This document shows, one piece after another, positions 19,699 to 29,695 of a stretch of DNA of 64,000 nucleotides. Source of the stretch: an uncultured Candidatus Saccharibacteria bacterium. GTDB taxonomy: Bacteria; Patescibacteriota; Minisyncoccia; SW-4-49-11. The stretch spans positions 64,628-128,627 of the forward strand of contig CAZWIJ010000002.1 in NCBI GenBank assembly GCA_964633865.1, in the 5' to 3' direction. The position numbers and the translations under genes were made by a program. The notes under the pieces are model-generated. The model had not been told where the DNA came from, did no database searches, and saw only the letters and a list, made by a program, of their open reading frames with translations. Each line of letters opens with the position of its first letter. Positions within the stretch are counted from its first letter, which is position 1.

Positions 19699-21093
19699 AT
19701 GAACAATAATAACGATATTTTAAACAAAGACAATATAGAATTTGGATCCAAATTAGAAGGCGGGGAAAGCATAGAATCCCCAAAATCTGAATCTGAAAGT
19801 ATAGAAGAAGTCTATAGTGAATTCAAATTTGAACCCAAACAAGAAATTGCTAGAATAGAAAAAAGATTTGATGGCTTCCAAGATAAATTAACTGAATCTG
19901 AAATATCTAATATCAGTAATGATCTTAGCATAAATCAGAAATTAGAAAATATCTCTAACAAAATGGATTCACAGAAAAAATCTATTTTAGAAATTTCTAA
20001 AAATAACACTTCAGAAGAACAGGATAAATCTAATGGGTCTATTTTAAACGAAAACAGTCTGTCCATAAAGGAGAATGTGCATAATGAACAATCTAATACT
20101 GATGAAAATTTAAAAAATTCTAATTTAGAAAATAACTCTTTGGAAGAAAATATAATAAATCCTTTATCTGAGAATAACCCAGACACAATAAATACTAATC
20201 CTCAAGAGAATGAACAAAAAGATAAAGATATTCTGATAAAAGGAATTACTGATACAACCTCTTACTTGAATACTCAATACACACAATCCATAGATACTTT
20301 AAAATCTCTTACTACATTAGAAAGTCCAGTTCAAGATAAATTATTTGAATTTTTAATACAAAGTGAACTGCAATCTAAAATAAATTCACAATTAGAAATA
20401 AATCAAAAAAATTTGAACAATGAAAGCTTAATGAATTTAGATATTACTCAATTAAATCAAATTAGCCAAAGTTTAGAGAATATTAAAAGTAATAATTTAG
20501 ACTTGTTCCAAAAAATTGATTCTCTTACCAATATTACTGAAGATAATTTTGATACAATAACACAAGGGATACAAAATTCACTAAATAAATTTGATTTAGA
20601 TTCATATAACTTAAAAAAAGAAATCAATCTTAATAAGTCAGTTAGCTCTCCAGATATGCAAAGCAGTGAAAACTACTTAGATCAAAAAGCTGAAATTGAG
20701 TCAATTTTATCATCTAATATCAAAGAAATCAAAGATACCTATACAAGTTTAAAAACTACTATCAAAAATTCAGTTTCAAAGAATCCAGCATTGAAAGAAC
20801 AATTTAGAGAAATTTATCTTAAAGGAAATGCGCAAAAAAATATTATGTCTAGTATGGATTCAGTAAGTCTTATTGAAAATAGTCTAGAAAATCTAGATTT
20901 AAGCCAAATAAAAGAAATTAATCAAACTATAGTTGAACTAAAAGCTAAATTTAATCAGTTTTTAATAGCCAATAATGAACTTGTTCAAGAATCAACAGAA
21001 CAATCAAAATTTGATTCAAAAAGTGATTTCTTAATCCAAACTTCAGAAGAAATAAATCAATCTTTCAATCTATTAAAAGAAAAGATTAATTAG
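19699..21093 (+). CDS. low-complexity N/S/E/K-rich coiled-coil protein
   Basis: 464 aa, compositionally biased, no catalytic motif. Confidence 0.45.
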   Translation: MNNNNDILNKDNIEFGSKLEGGESIESPKSESESIEEVYSEFKFEPKQEIARIEKRFDGFQDKLTESEISNISNDLSINQKLENISNKMDSQKKSILEISKNNTSEEQDKSNGSILNENSLSIKENVHNEQSNTDENLKNSNLENNSLEENIINPLSENNPDTINTNPQENEQKDKDILIKGITDTTSYLNTQYTQSIDTLKSLTTLESPVQDKLFEFLIQSELQSKINSQLEINQKNLNNESLMNLDITQLNQISQSLENIKSNNLDLFQKIDSLTNITEDNFDTITQGIQNSLNKFDLDSYNLKKEINLNKSVSSPDMQSSENYLDQKAEIESILSSNIKEIKDTYTSLKTTIKNSVSKNPALKEQFREIYLKGNAQKNIMSSMDSVSLIENSLENLDLSQIKEINQTIVELKAKFNQFLIANNELVQESTEQSKFDSKSDFLIQTSEEINQSFNLLKEKIN

Positions 21094-21099
21094 CTTTTA

Positions 21100-22128
21100 A
21101 TGAATAAATTTTTAATTATTATTACTATAATAACATTATTAATAATTGATCCTCTTGTTCTTTATATTTATAATTTTGCTTATAATGATACTTTGGGGGA
21201 CTCTACTTTATCAAAAGTAAATATAGAAGAACCATCTAAAGAATTCCCTAATATTCCTTTATCACTTAGAACTGATTTTAAAACCGATTGGTCAAAAATT
21301 AACCCCAAAATTGAAAAATCCATCTCTGGTGGCCCCACTAAAGATGGGATTCCTGCTATAGACAATCCTAATTTTGAACCATTAAAAAATTCAAAATTAG
21401 AAGACAATATAAAAGCCATTGTCTTAAATGACAAAGGAATTAGAAAAGTATATCCTTACAATATTTTAGTATGGCACGAAATTATAAATGACACTATAAA
21501 CGAAATACCTGTTAGTATAACATTTAGTCCTCTGTCTGGCAGTGCAATTGCATTTAATAGGACTATAGATAATAAGACTTTAACATTGGGAGTGAGTGGA
21601 CATCTTCTTGAGGGGAATATGATTATGTATGACAAAGAAACTGAATCTCTGTGGCAACAAAGTACAGGTAAAGCTCTAGCTGGTGAATATTTAGATAAAG
21701 AATTAAAATTATTTCCGCTTCAAGTAATGAATATTGGAGAGATCAAAAAAACTTATCCTAAATCTATAGTTCTCACTGAAAATACTGGCTTTGAGAGAGA
21801 TTACAAGAATAATCCTTACTTTGGATACAATGAGAGTGAAGACTTTAGATTTAACCCTTCTATAGTAAATAGACTTTATCCTCAAAAAGAAATCTTTGTG
21901 GTATTTAAAATTAATGAAAAAGTTGTTGGGATACCTTGGTTAGAGTTAAAAGAAAATATATCTTATGATAAAATTATAGATAATAAAAATATTTTTATCA
22001 AAAAAAATCGTGGAGAATTAACACTTACCATTGATAAAAATGTACCCATCCCCTTTTACTTTGAAATGTGGTTTAGCCTTTATGCTCAGAATCAGGATAA
22101 TATAATTATCCTGAACCCCAAAGAATAA
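21100..22128 (+). CDS. DUF3179 family protein (N-terminal TM anchor)
   Basis: TKDGIPAIDNPNFEPL motif characteristic of DUF3179; hydrophobic N-terminus. Confidence 0.55.
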   Translation: MNKFLIIITIITLLIIDPLVLYIYNFAYNDTLGDSTLSKVNIEEPSKEFPNIPLSLRTDFKTDWSKINPKIEKSISGGPTKDGIPAIDNPNFEPLKNSKLEDNIKAIVLNDKGIRKVYPYNILVWHEIINDTINEIPVSITFSPLSGSAIAFNRTIDNKTLTLGVSGHLLEGNMIMYDKETESLWQQSTGKALAGEYLDKELKLFPLQVMNIGEIKKTYPKSIVLTENTGFERDYKNNPYFGYNESEDFRFNPSIVNRLYPQKEIFVVFKINEKVVGIPWLELKENISYDKIIDNKNIFIKKNRGELTLTIDKNVPIPFYFEMWFSLYAQNQDNIIILNPKE

Positions 22129-22238
22129 AATCAATATATTACAAGATTATATTGATATAATTACTTAAAATTATATTGACTAAATTCTATATATAATATA
22201 CAATATATATGCTATCATATAAATTAATTATGATAAAT

Positions 22239-22310
22239 TCCGTGATAGCTCAGCGGTAGAGCAGTCGGCTGTTAACCGATTGGTCGTAGGTTCGAATCCT
22301 ACTCGCGGAG
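22239..22310 (+). tRNA. tRNA-Asn (anticodon GTT)
   Basis: Cloverleaf by eye: acceptor tccgtga/tcgcgga (one G-U), D-arm agctcagcggtagagca, anticodon stem gtcgg/ccgat with loop cTGTTaa, T-arm gtagg-ttcgaat-cctac, discriminator g. CCA is not encoded. Confidence 0.85.
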
Positions 22311-22322
22311 CAACTTAGGAAA

Positions 22323-22347
22323 GGAGGTGTAAAAAACCTCTTTTTTG
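22323..22347 (+). terminator. intrinsic terminator after tRNA (gaggt-gtaaaaa-acctc + T6)
   Basis: 5-bp stem plus TTTTTT directly 3' of tRNA. Confidence 0.45.
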
Positions 22348-22509
22348 TTTTCACATATTGGGATAAACTTTATTGAAAAAACAATATATTGATTTAGCCA
22401 ATAAAGATTTTCGTATCGAATTAATTCAGCAGTGAGAGAGGGGTGAGTATACTTGTTAATATTGAAATTCTTTTATATAATTTTAGTATATAAATAATTT
22501 ACAACTATT

Positions 22510-22908
22510 ATGGATATTGGTTTGATTGTACATTGTCTAGTGACTAGAAAAGCAGGAAAAGAGATTCTTATATTAAAGCGAAGTTTAAATGAAGATTATC
22601 TCCCAGGCATTTGGGATGTTCCAGGTGGCACATTAGAGTGGGGGGAAGACCCCTTTGAGGGTGTTGCAAGAGAGACGAAAGAAGAGGCTGGACTCCTTAT
22701 TTCAGATGCTAAGTTATTAGATTACTATTCTAATGTTGATTCTGGAAAACAGAAGCACTTTGTAACGCTTATCTTCGTTACTGAATATGATGGAGATAAA
22801 TTACCAACACTCAGTGAAGATCATTCTGAATATGCATGGATAACAAAAGAAGAAGCGAAGGATTATGATTTATTACACTACCTTCCTTCATTCATCGATC
22901 AACTTTAA
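22510..22908 (+). CDS. NUDIX hydrolase
   Basis: Nudix box GGTLEWGEDPFEGVARETKEEAGL; higher GC than surroundings. Confidence 0.75.
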   Translation: MDIGLIVHCLVTRKAGKEILILKRSLNEDYLPGIWDVPGGTLEWGEDPFEGVARETKEEAGLLISDAKLLDYYSNVDSGKQKHFVTLIFVTEYDGDKLPTLSEDHSEYAWITKEEAKDYDLLHYLPSFIDQL

Positions 22909-23497
22909 ATTTGAGAAGAACGTGCCAATATTACTAACATCAATAGGTTTATCCTCAAAGCTTTCACAAGACAAGTTTAAGGATATCTCTAAACACCTAT
23001 TAAACAAACATGTATCTATTGTAACGACTGCAGTTGATGGTAAGGAGCAAAATAAATATGCTAAAGTAGCATTAAATCAATTGAAAGACATAGGATTTAA
23101 TAAAATTGAGTTTGTTGATTTAGAATCTGAACCTTATTATGATTTTTCTTCTACAGGAATCCTGTATATTATGGGAGGAAATACATTTAAGTTAATGTAT
23201 TATGTTTCAAGATCTAATTTTAAAGATTCAATAAATAATTTAATGGAGAGAGAAGGAATATATATAGGAGTTAGTGCTGGGAGTATTATTTTGGGATCAA
23301 CTATTTTAACTGCTTCCGAAATATTAGAAGATGAAAATGACATATTTTTAGATAAATATGAAGGATTAGGTATTTTACCATTTGCGATTGTACCACATTA
23401 CAATACATCTCTAGAAGAGAAAGTTAATTTATTTGAAAGGCATCATAAGGTTAATGTTAAAAAAATATCTGATGATGAGTATATTATTATAAATTAA
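22865..23497 (+). CDS. peptidase S51 (PepE/cyanophycinase-like) family protein (start may be internal GTG ~22919)
   Basis: ILLTSIG…GGNTFKL…GVSAGSII, catalytic Ser context G.SAGS of S51 family. Confidence 0.55.
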   Translation: MIYYTTFLHSSINFKFEKNVPILLTSIGLSSKLSQDKFKDISKHLLNKHVSIVTTAVDGKEQNKYAKVALNQLKDIGFNKIEFVDLESEPYYDFSSTGILYIMGGNTFKLMYYVSRSNFKDSINNLMEREGIYIGVSAGSIILGSTILTASEILEDENDIFLDKYEGLGILPFAIVPHYNTSLEEKVNLFERHHKVNVKKISDDEYIIIN

Positions 23498-23502
23498 AAA
23501 GT

Positions 23503-23608
23503 ATAGAAAACCAGTATTCCCAATTCCTTAATGTATTTTTTATAATCTAGGTTGTAATTATCTCCAAATTGACCAAATCTTCTACTACAACTGAGTCATT
23601 ATTTAGTA
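23503..23608. repeat. 106-bp direct repeat, copy 1 (degenerate duplicate of the 3' end of the histidine-phosphatase gene)
   Basis: ~88 % identical to 24292-24397. On the minus strand it encodes the remnant …LNLLNNDSVVVEDLVNLEIITT*, versus the authentic …LSLNNDSAVVEDLVNVEIITT*. Confidence 0.8.
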
Positions 23609-24180
23609 AATTCAAAGCTCTTATAAATTTTTTCAAAGGTTTGTAAATATTCAGTTAGATCTTGTTTCGATTTTTCACTTTCAAGAGATACAAGAGGGAA
23701 TGACTTAATAACAACTATTTGTTCATTATTTTTATATATTATATATCTAGTCTCAGAAGTGTATACACTTTCTTTTTTAACAATAACCACTTCTCCAACT
23801 AAATCATTATTTGAAGTTACTTGATTTCTTTCTATATTTAAGTTATCAAAATTTTTTTCTAATTTTTGATATTCATCTTCTGTTAATACATTAAGATAGA
23901 AACTACCTTGCCCTTCAGAAAGCATTAGTCCTAATTTAGATTCTTCTGAATTAACTCTTTGATTTAGATACTCTTCTAACTTTAAATCTTTAGGATATTG
24001 TATTTTAAATCCAAATTCTTCATTTTGATAAGTCTCCCAACCTGTAATTTCATCCACGAATGGATTTTGAATCACATTTTTCAATACTGATGATTCATTA
24101 TCAGTATTTTGTAACTTTAAAAAATAGTAACCTCCTCCGATTAATGCCAAAATTAACAATGGTATTAAAAAAATTTTCAT
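23599..24180 (-). CDS. hypothetical secreted/membrane-anchored protein
   Basis: 193 aa, N-terminal signal/TM MKIFLIPLLILALIGGGYYF; the gene lies between the two 106-bp repeat copies. Confidence 0.5.
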   Translation of the reverse strand: MKIFLIPLLILALIGGGYYFLKLQNTDNESSVLKNVIQNPFVDEITGWETYQNEEFGFKIQYPKDLKLEEYLNQRVNSEESKLGLMLSEGQGSFYLNVLTEDEYQKLEKNFDNLNIERNQVTSNNDLVGEVVIVKKESVYTSETRYIIYKNNEQIVVIKSFPLVSLESEKSKQDLTEYLQTFEKIYKSFEFTK

Positions 24181-24291
24181 ATGTATTCTTTATCTTATAA
24201 TACCTTATATTATAGCACAGAGAAAAATATTTTTAAACAAAGAAATAAACCAACTATTAATATTAATGTGTCCTACTCTAAGCTAAAGAAC

Positions 24292-24397
24292 ATAGAAATC
24301 CAATATTCCATACTCCTTAGTATATTTTTTTATAATCTAAGTTGTAATTATCTCCACATTTACCAAATCTTCTACTACAGCTGAGTCATTATTTAGT
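24292..24397. repeat. 106-bp direct repeat, copy 2 (authentic 3' end of histidine phosphatase gene + downstream)
   Basis: see copy 1. Confidence 0.8.
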
Positions 24398-24924
24398 GAA
24401 AGCTTTATAATAGCTCCATTTCCCAAAGATTCAACCGTTGTATGCTTAATTATTTCACGAAAGATACATCTAATCGGTCCTCCATGAGTTATTACCGCAA
24501 TTTCATTATAAGGTGATGTGGTTAATTCTTGAAAAGATTTTAGAACTCTATCTCTAAAATCCCAATATGTCTCAGCTCCATCATATGCAGTATCTTTATT
24601 TACCAAGACTTCTCCTAATCTCCTGTATTCTTCTTCAGGTTGATCTTTCCCTAGTTCTAAGAAAGCCCCATAGATATCTTGTTCTGCAAGATCTTCTAGG
24701 ATATGGACTGGAACATCATATTTACTTTGAATTATCTTTGAAGTTTCTTGTGCCCTTATTTTAGGACTTGTATAGATAGCATCAATATTTTTTAACAAAG
24801 TATTATTAGCTACTTCTTGTGCTTGTTGTAATCCCATAACTGTTAAATTATCATCATAATCTCCATCATATTTTTGTTTGATGTCTGACTCACTTTCTCC
24901 ATGACGAATTAAATATATATTCAT
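24337..24924 (-). CDS. histidine phosphatase (phosphoglycerate mutase family) protein
   Basis: N-terminal catalytic motif IYLIRHGESE (RHG); 195 aa. Confidence 0.8.
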   Translation of the reverse strand: MNIYLIRHGESESDIKQKYDGDYDDNLTVMGLQQAQEVANNTLLKNIDAIYTSPKIRAQETSKIIQSKYDVPVHILEDLAEQDIYGAFLELGKDQPEEEYRRLGEVLVNKDTAYDGAETYWDFRDRVLKSFQELTTSPYNEIAVITHGGPIRCIFREIIKHTTVESLGNGAIIKLSLNNDSAVVEDLVNVEIITT

Positions 24925-25049
24925 TTTATATTATTTTAATTAATAAATTATCTTTATTATATCACTGATTTCATAAATATCAAATCAGTTGGAATCCTTT
25001 GATTTGATATGTTATAATATATTCATATTAATTAAATAGATATAAAATT

Positions 25050-25568
25050 ATGTGGTTTACTATATTATTCTTTATTGCAATTATTGTAATTTGGTTTATA
25101 TTAGAAATATTAGGGAAAAAATCCAAAGAGAATGACTCTTCTAAACCTGTTTCCGAACCAGTAAATCCCCCCTTAAACCAAACTTCCTTGGATTTTAGTC
25201 CTTATAAAGCTAGAGTTATTTTTTTTAACTCATCCGAAAGAACTCTTTATGATATCTTAATAGAACACTTAGCAAATAAATATATAATATTATCCAAGGT
25301 TAGACTTGAAGATATTATTGAATCTACAAACACGTCCTATACCTATAGAAATCGTATTAAATCCAGCCATATTGACTTTGTTTTATTAGACAAGCATACT
25401 GGCAAAGTTGTCTGTGCAATTGAATTAGATGGCACATCTCATAACAATATCGAGACTCAAAAGAAAGACGATTTTAAAAATAATTTATTTCAACATGTTG
25501 GAATTACTCTTCACAGAATTAAAGTAGGAACATCTTTTGTTGATGACATTATATCCTTGCAATTATAG
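25050..25568 (+). CDS. DUF2726 domain protein (PD-(D/E)xK-like nuclease fold) with N-terminal TM helix
   Basis: HIDFVLLDKHTGKVVCAIELDGTSH…GITLHRIKV matches DUF2726 core. Confidence 0.5.
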   Translation: MWFTILFFIAIIVIWFILEILGKKSKENDSSKPVSEPVNPPLNQTSLDFSPYKARVIFFNSSERTLYDILIEHLANKYIILSKVRLEDIIESTNTSYTYRNRIKSSHIDFVLLDKHTGKVVCAIELDGTSHNNIETQKKDDFKNNLFQHVGITLHRIKVGTSFVDDIISLQL

Positions 25569-25683
25569 TTTACTTTTAATCTTATTATCAAATATATTCT
25601 TTATAATTTAAAAAAATCATATTAAAGATATATATAACTTATTCTCTAAAAAAAAGATATAGACTGTAATAAATTAATAATAT

Positions 25684-26262
25684 CTATCTAAACTGTTTGG
25701 GTTTTTGATTTTGATCAGCAAGATCCACAATCTCATGAATTCTTTTTTGTCTAGTTTCCATTTTTTTACTAAGAATAAGCCACTGCAATATATTTCGTTT
25801 ATCTGATCTACTTAAACTCAAAAAATATTTTTTTGCTTTTGGATTTTTTAGAAACTCATCTTCTAAATCTTTAGGAATAATCAAGGCTTCGGCTTCATCA
25901 AGAATATTCCAAGAACCATTTTCTTTAGCTTTGTCTATGACATCAAATCCTGATTGCCTCATTAAACCTTCCTCTATAAGCCGTTTCACCTTTTCTTTAT
26001 TGACCCTAGACCATACACTTTTTTCTCTTCTTTTACTAAAAAGTTGCTTAAATTTTTCTTCATCCAATGATTTTATTTTACTATCAATCCAGCCAAAACA
26101 AAGTGCTTCATCAACAGCTTCACTATAAGCTACTGTAGGTATTTTAGATTTTTTCTTATAATATACAAGCCAAACTGACTGTTTTTTATCATAATTTTTC
26201 TCCAACCATTCCCGCCATTCTTGTCTATTTTGGGGACAAAATATTTCTATATTATCATCCAT
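25684..26262 (-). CDS. YdeI/OmpD-associated (OmdA, DUF1801-like) family protein
   Basis: WREWLEKNYDKKQSVWLVYYKK…AVDEALCFGWIDS signature. Confidence 0.5.
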   Translation of the reverse strand: MDDNIEIFCPQNRQEWREWLEKNYDKKQSVWLVYYKKKSKIPTVAYSEAVDEALCFGWIDSKIKSLDEEKFKQLFSKRREKSVWSRVNKEKVKRLIEEGLMRQSGFDVIDKAKENGSWNILDEAEALIIPKDLEDEFLKNPKAKKYFLSLSRSDKRNILQWLILSKKMETRQKRIHEIVDLADQNQKPKQFR

Positions 26263-26332
26263 TTTTATTGAATATTATATTATAATTTAAATTTTTTATT
26301 AATAAGGTTAATAATCTTTCACTCACATAAAA

Positions 26333-27349
26333 TCACTCTACTATTTTAATCACAACATTACCGGTTTTTTGTCCTGACTCGACATATCTGTAAGCTTCAA
26401 TAATTTGATCAAAATTATATTTTCTGTCAATTACAGGTTTAAATTCCCTTTTTTCTACAAGTTCTTTTAAAAATAATACATCTTCTTTAGAAATGGTTGG
26501 TATTGGAAATAAAAGTTTTTTACCATCTCCAAAATGTGTAGTAAGTGCTAATAAGACATTAATTCCATTCTTGCCAAGTTCAGTTGAGATATAAATTCCT
26601 TTTTCAGTTAATAGAGGTTTACATTCTTCAAAAGAGCTTTTTCCCACGGCATCAAAAATAAATTCAAATTTAGTTTTAAGTTTTGTAAAATCTTGTGATT
26701 GATAATCAACAACTTTATCTGCTCCAAGATTTTTGACAAGTTCTAAATTTTTAGTATTACAAACTGCAGTAACTATTGTACCAAAATGTTTTAATAATTG
26801 AACCGCTGCTGAACCAATAGCTCCTGTTGATCCATAAACTAATACATTTTGTCCGGGTTTGACTTTGGCAGCTCTAATATCTGCTAGAGCATAATGTGAA
26901 CCTTCCGTAATAGCAGCAGCCTCATCAAAATTAATTCCTTCTGGTATGGTTGTAACTGCATCCATCTCGGAAATAGTCAAGTATTCTCCATGCCCTCCAA
27001 AAGAGATATCATTAAATCCAAATACCCTATCCCCTTTTTTGAATGTTGTTACATTTTCTCCAGTATCAACAACAACACCAGAAAATTCAGATCCTAAAAT
27101 TTGACATTTTGGACTTAACAATCCTGTCCAAAAACGAGATATAAAATATTCAGCACTACGAAGTCCCGAATCAGTTCTATTAACTGTAGTTGAATAAACT
27201 CTAATTAATAATTCATCAGACTTTGGAATTGGTTTTGGAACTTCTTTTAACTTTACTACTTCTGGTGGACCATATTTTGTGTGTACAGCTGCTTTCATAT
27301 TGTGAATTTTAGTTAAATTAAAATTATTCAAATACTTTATAATATTCAT
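26333..27349 (-). CDS. zinc-type alcohol dehydrogenase / NADPH:quinone oxidoreductase (MDR superfamily); likely start MKAAVHTKYG at 27298
   Basis: Rossmann GxGxxG (VYGSTGAIGSAAVQLLK), N-terminal GroES-like region. Confidence 0.75.
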   Translation of the reverse strand: MNIIKYLNNFNLTKIHNMKAAVHTKYGPPEVVKLKEVPKPIPKSDELLIRVYSTTVNRTDSGLRSAEYFISRFWTGLLSPKCQILGSEFSGVVVDTGENVTTFKKGDRVFGFNDISFGGHGEYLTISEMDAVTTIPEGINFDEAAAITEGSHYALADIRAAKVKPGQNVLVYGSTGAIGSAAVQLLKHFGTIVTAVCNTKNLELVKNLGADKVVDYQSQDFTKLKTKFEFIFDAVGKSSFEECKPLLTEKGIYISTELGKNGINVLLALTTHFGDGKKLLFPIPTISKEDVLFLKELVEKREFKPVIDRKYNFDQIIEAYRYVESGQKTGNVVIKIVE

Positions 27350-27469
27350 TATATATTATTTAATTAAAATATAATAGTAAAATAATTTATTAATTAATTT
27401 ATATTTACATTTTAAATGTAAAATGTTATTATCTTCATATATAAAATAATTTTTAACCTCATATACTAT

Positions 27470-28090
27470 ATGAACAAACAAAGATTAGAAGCTCTAGCAG
27501 AAGGTATTTTTGCTATTGTAATGACATTACTTGTAATAGAGATTAGAGTTCCTGAAATTCATCATATTGTTACTAACAAAGAACTTTCTGAAGCAGTTTT
27601 TGAATTAACACCTTTATTTTTGAGTTATATTTTAAGCTTTTTTGTACTGTCAACCTTTTGGAGAGCTCATTTGTATATGGTATCTTATATAACAAAATCA
27701 ATTGACAATCATGTTTTAAATATAAATATTTTATTTTTTATGTTAATTGGCCTAATTCCCTTTTCATCTCATCTATTGGGGAGCTATCCAAACAGTCAGT
27801 TTGCTATAATTTGGTATGGGGTAAATATTTCTTTAATTAGTTTAACTCTATATGGACTCAGAACATATCTCAAATTAACAAAAAGATTTGACCCAGAAAA
27901 ATTTTATACCAAAGATAGAAAATACTCCAGAATTCGTTTATTAATGCCTTTAATTGCAACTTTATTAGTGATTCCAATCTCATTTTGGAATACAAATTTT
28001 GCTATATTCATTTATACATTTGTTGTAGTATTTAACTTTTTTCCTGGTGGGATCTATTTTATTGAAAATATCCTTGGCTTGAAAAAATAA
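27470..28090 (+). CDS. TMEM175/DUF1211 family membrane protein (putative K+ channel-like)
   Basis: RLEALAEGIFAIVMTLLVIEIRVPE matches DUF1211 N-terminal signature R.E.FSDGVFAIAITLLVLEI. Confidence 0.55.
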   Translation: MNKQRLEALAEGIFAIVMTLLVIEIRVPEIHHIVTNKELSEAVFELTPLFLSYILSFFVLSTFWRAHLYMVSYITKSIDNHVLNINILFFMLIGLIPFSSHLLGSYPNSQFAIIWYGVNISLISLTLYGLRTYLKLTKRFDPEKFYTKDRKYSRIRLLMPLIATLLVIPISFWNTNFAIFIYTFVVVFNFFPGGIYFIENILGLKK

Positions 28091-28097
28091 ATTTCTC

Positions 28098-29015
28098 TTA
28101 TTCTAATGTTTCTTTCACTTTATTCAATAAACTTTGCATTACATTTTTATCTAATTTAGAGAAAGCAAATAATTTTTTCCCTAAATCTTTTAGTGAAGCT
28201 CCTAGATGATAAATTTCTTGTTCATCTATTATAAGGAATCTATCATGATTTTTACTAAACTTTTTAATTATAAAATTTCCATATTGTTCATTCGCTTTTT
28301 GTATATATAATTTTAATTGCTGACTAATTGAATGTGTTAATAGAATTACTTTAACTTTTTTCTGTTTTTTTGCTAAATGAATTAATGTTGTTTCATCTAT
28401 ATAATTATCTATTAAAATTATACTTTCCTTAGCTGTACGAATTATTTTTGAAGACAATGCATATGCATCGAATACTTGCCCATCAAAAAATACTCCTTGA
28501 GTGGGAATAGAATTACCTTCTAGAGCTTTAAATATCTGCTCAAACTTTTGATCAGCTAATATCTGTCTGCTTTCTATTTTGTCTAACCGACTATACAATA
28601 CAATATTATCGTGAATCAACTTTCTCATAAATACAAATGCCCTCATGATTTCTACATGAACTTGTGAGGCAATTTTACTCTTCAGAACTCCTGACAATCC
28701 TGCAACTCCTTGTTCAGTAAATACAAAAGGTAAATATTTACGGTGTTTTCCTCTACCATCTTCTAAGATCACATTTTGTGACCTTAAATCTGATAACTCA
28801 TTTTTTAGATTTAAATTTTCCCATTCTGATTGAGTTAATTGAAACATAAAGTCTTCAGGAAATCTATCTTTATTTCTTTTTACTGCTTGATTTAATATTC
28901 TTGTTTCAACTTGATAAATCAAAGCTAGGTCACTATCCAGCATTACTTGAAAACCTCTAACACTAAAAATCTTGTTTTTAATCTGTCTTTGGGATATAGA
29001 TAATTCTTTACTCAT
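28098..29015 (-). CDS. ORF6N domain protein (phage antirepressor/KilA-N related)
   Basis: N-terminal FSVRGFQVMLDSDLALIYQVETRILNQAVKRNKDRFPEDFMFQLTQSEWENL = ORF6N signature. Confidence 0.55.
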   Translation of the reverse strand: MSKELSISQRQIKNKIFSVRGFQVMLDSDLALIYQVETRILNQAVKRNKDRFPEDFMFQLTQSEWENLNLKNELSDLRSQNVILEDGRGKHRKYLPFVFTEQGVAGLSGVLKSKIASQVHVEIMRAFVFMRKLIHDNIVLYSRLDKIESRQILADQKFEQIFKALEGNSIPTQGVFFDGQVFDAYALSSKIIRTAKESIILIDNYIDETTLIHLAKKQKKVKVILLTHSISQQLKLYIQKANEQYGNFIIKKFSKNHDRFLIIDEQEIYHLGASLKDLGKKLFAFSKLDKNVMQSLLNKVKETLE

Positions 29016-29470
29016 ATTTTTACCTTACTCTTCTTACCAAATCTTTTTTTGGTAATATCATAATACTTATCTATCAAAGGAAGGATTTCTTGTAAGCTAT
29101 TTTCTGTAGGATTAAGAATACAAACCCAACCGATCCATCCATAAACAGGATGAGGCATTAATGTATCTAACTTTTGAAAATCATACTCCCCTATTATCAC
29201 TCCTGATTTACCAGGTCTTGATGAGTACTCACCAAAAAATTTCAAGAAATCTTTTTTATCTGTACCAAAACTCAACCTAAAAACATTTTCTCTATCAAGA
29301 TTACTAGCTTTATCATTAGCTCCATCTTTTTCTTTTATAGTCACAAAATAAGTTCCTCGTGGAAATCTAAAATCTGGATTATAAAAAAATGAAGTCTCAC
29401 CCCAAGCATTTTGTGGAACTAAGCCTTGATATCTATTTAGAATAAATTTTGCTAGAGTCTTTGCTGTCAT
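29012..29470 (-). CDS. hypothetical protein (overlaps ORF6N gene by 4 nt; probably co-transcribed)
   Basis: 152 aa ORF, no motif recognised. Confidence 0.4.
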   Translation of the reverse strand: MTAKTLAKFILNRYQGLVPQNAWGETSFFYNPDFRFPRGTYFVTIKEKDGANDKASNLDRENVFRLSFGTDKKDFLKFFGEYSSRPGKSGVIIGEYDFQKLDTLMPHPVYGWIGWVCILNPTENSLQEILPLIDKYYDITKKRFGKKSKVKI

Positions 29471-29695
29471 ATTATCATTATATTTATATAATTTATTTTA
29501 ACTTTTTTTAGATAATTACACAAGAATTATATTTAACACCATGCATTAAAATGATATTCTTTTTATAATATATTTACCTAAACAAATCATACCTATAATA
29601 AATAAAAATCCCACTTCTTTTCAAAGTGAGATTACGAATTTGTATTTTATAGAACCTTATTTATATCCCGCTTGGTTCAATGCGGGGCTGATATT

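Noticed and set aside
12198-24764. Antisense ORFs 12198..12440, 13059..13253, 14101..14331, 19935..20186, 21180..21434, 24181..24384, 24567..24764
   Set aside because: Embedded in or overlapping conserved genes on the other strand; no motifs
29580-29695. GC-rich hairpins (aatcccactt…aagtgagatt; cccgc…gcggg) as a possible small RNA
   Set aside because: Position directly downstream of the minus-strand gene 29696..30358 and T/A-run flanks are better explained as its intrinsic terminator(s)
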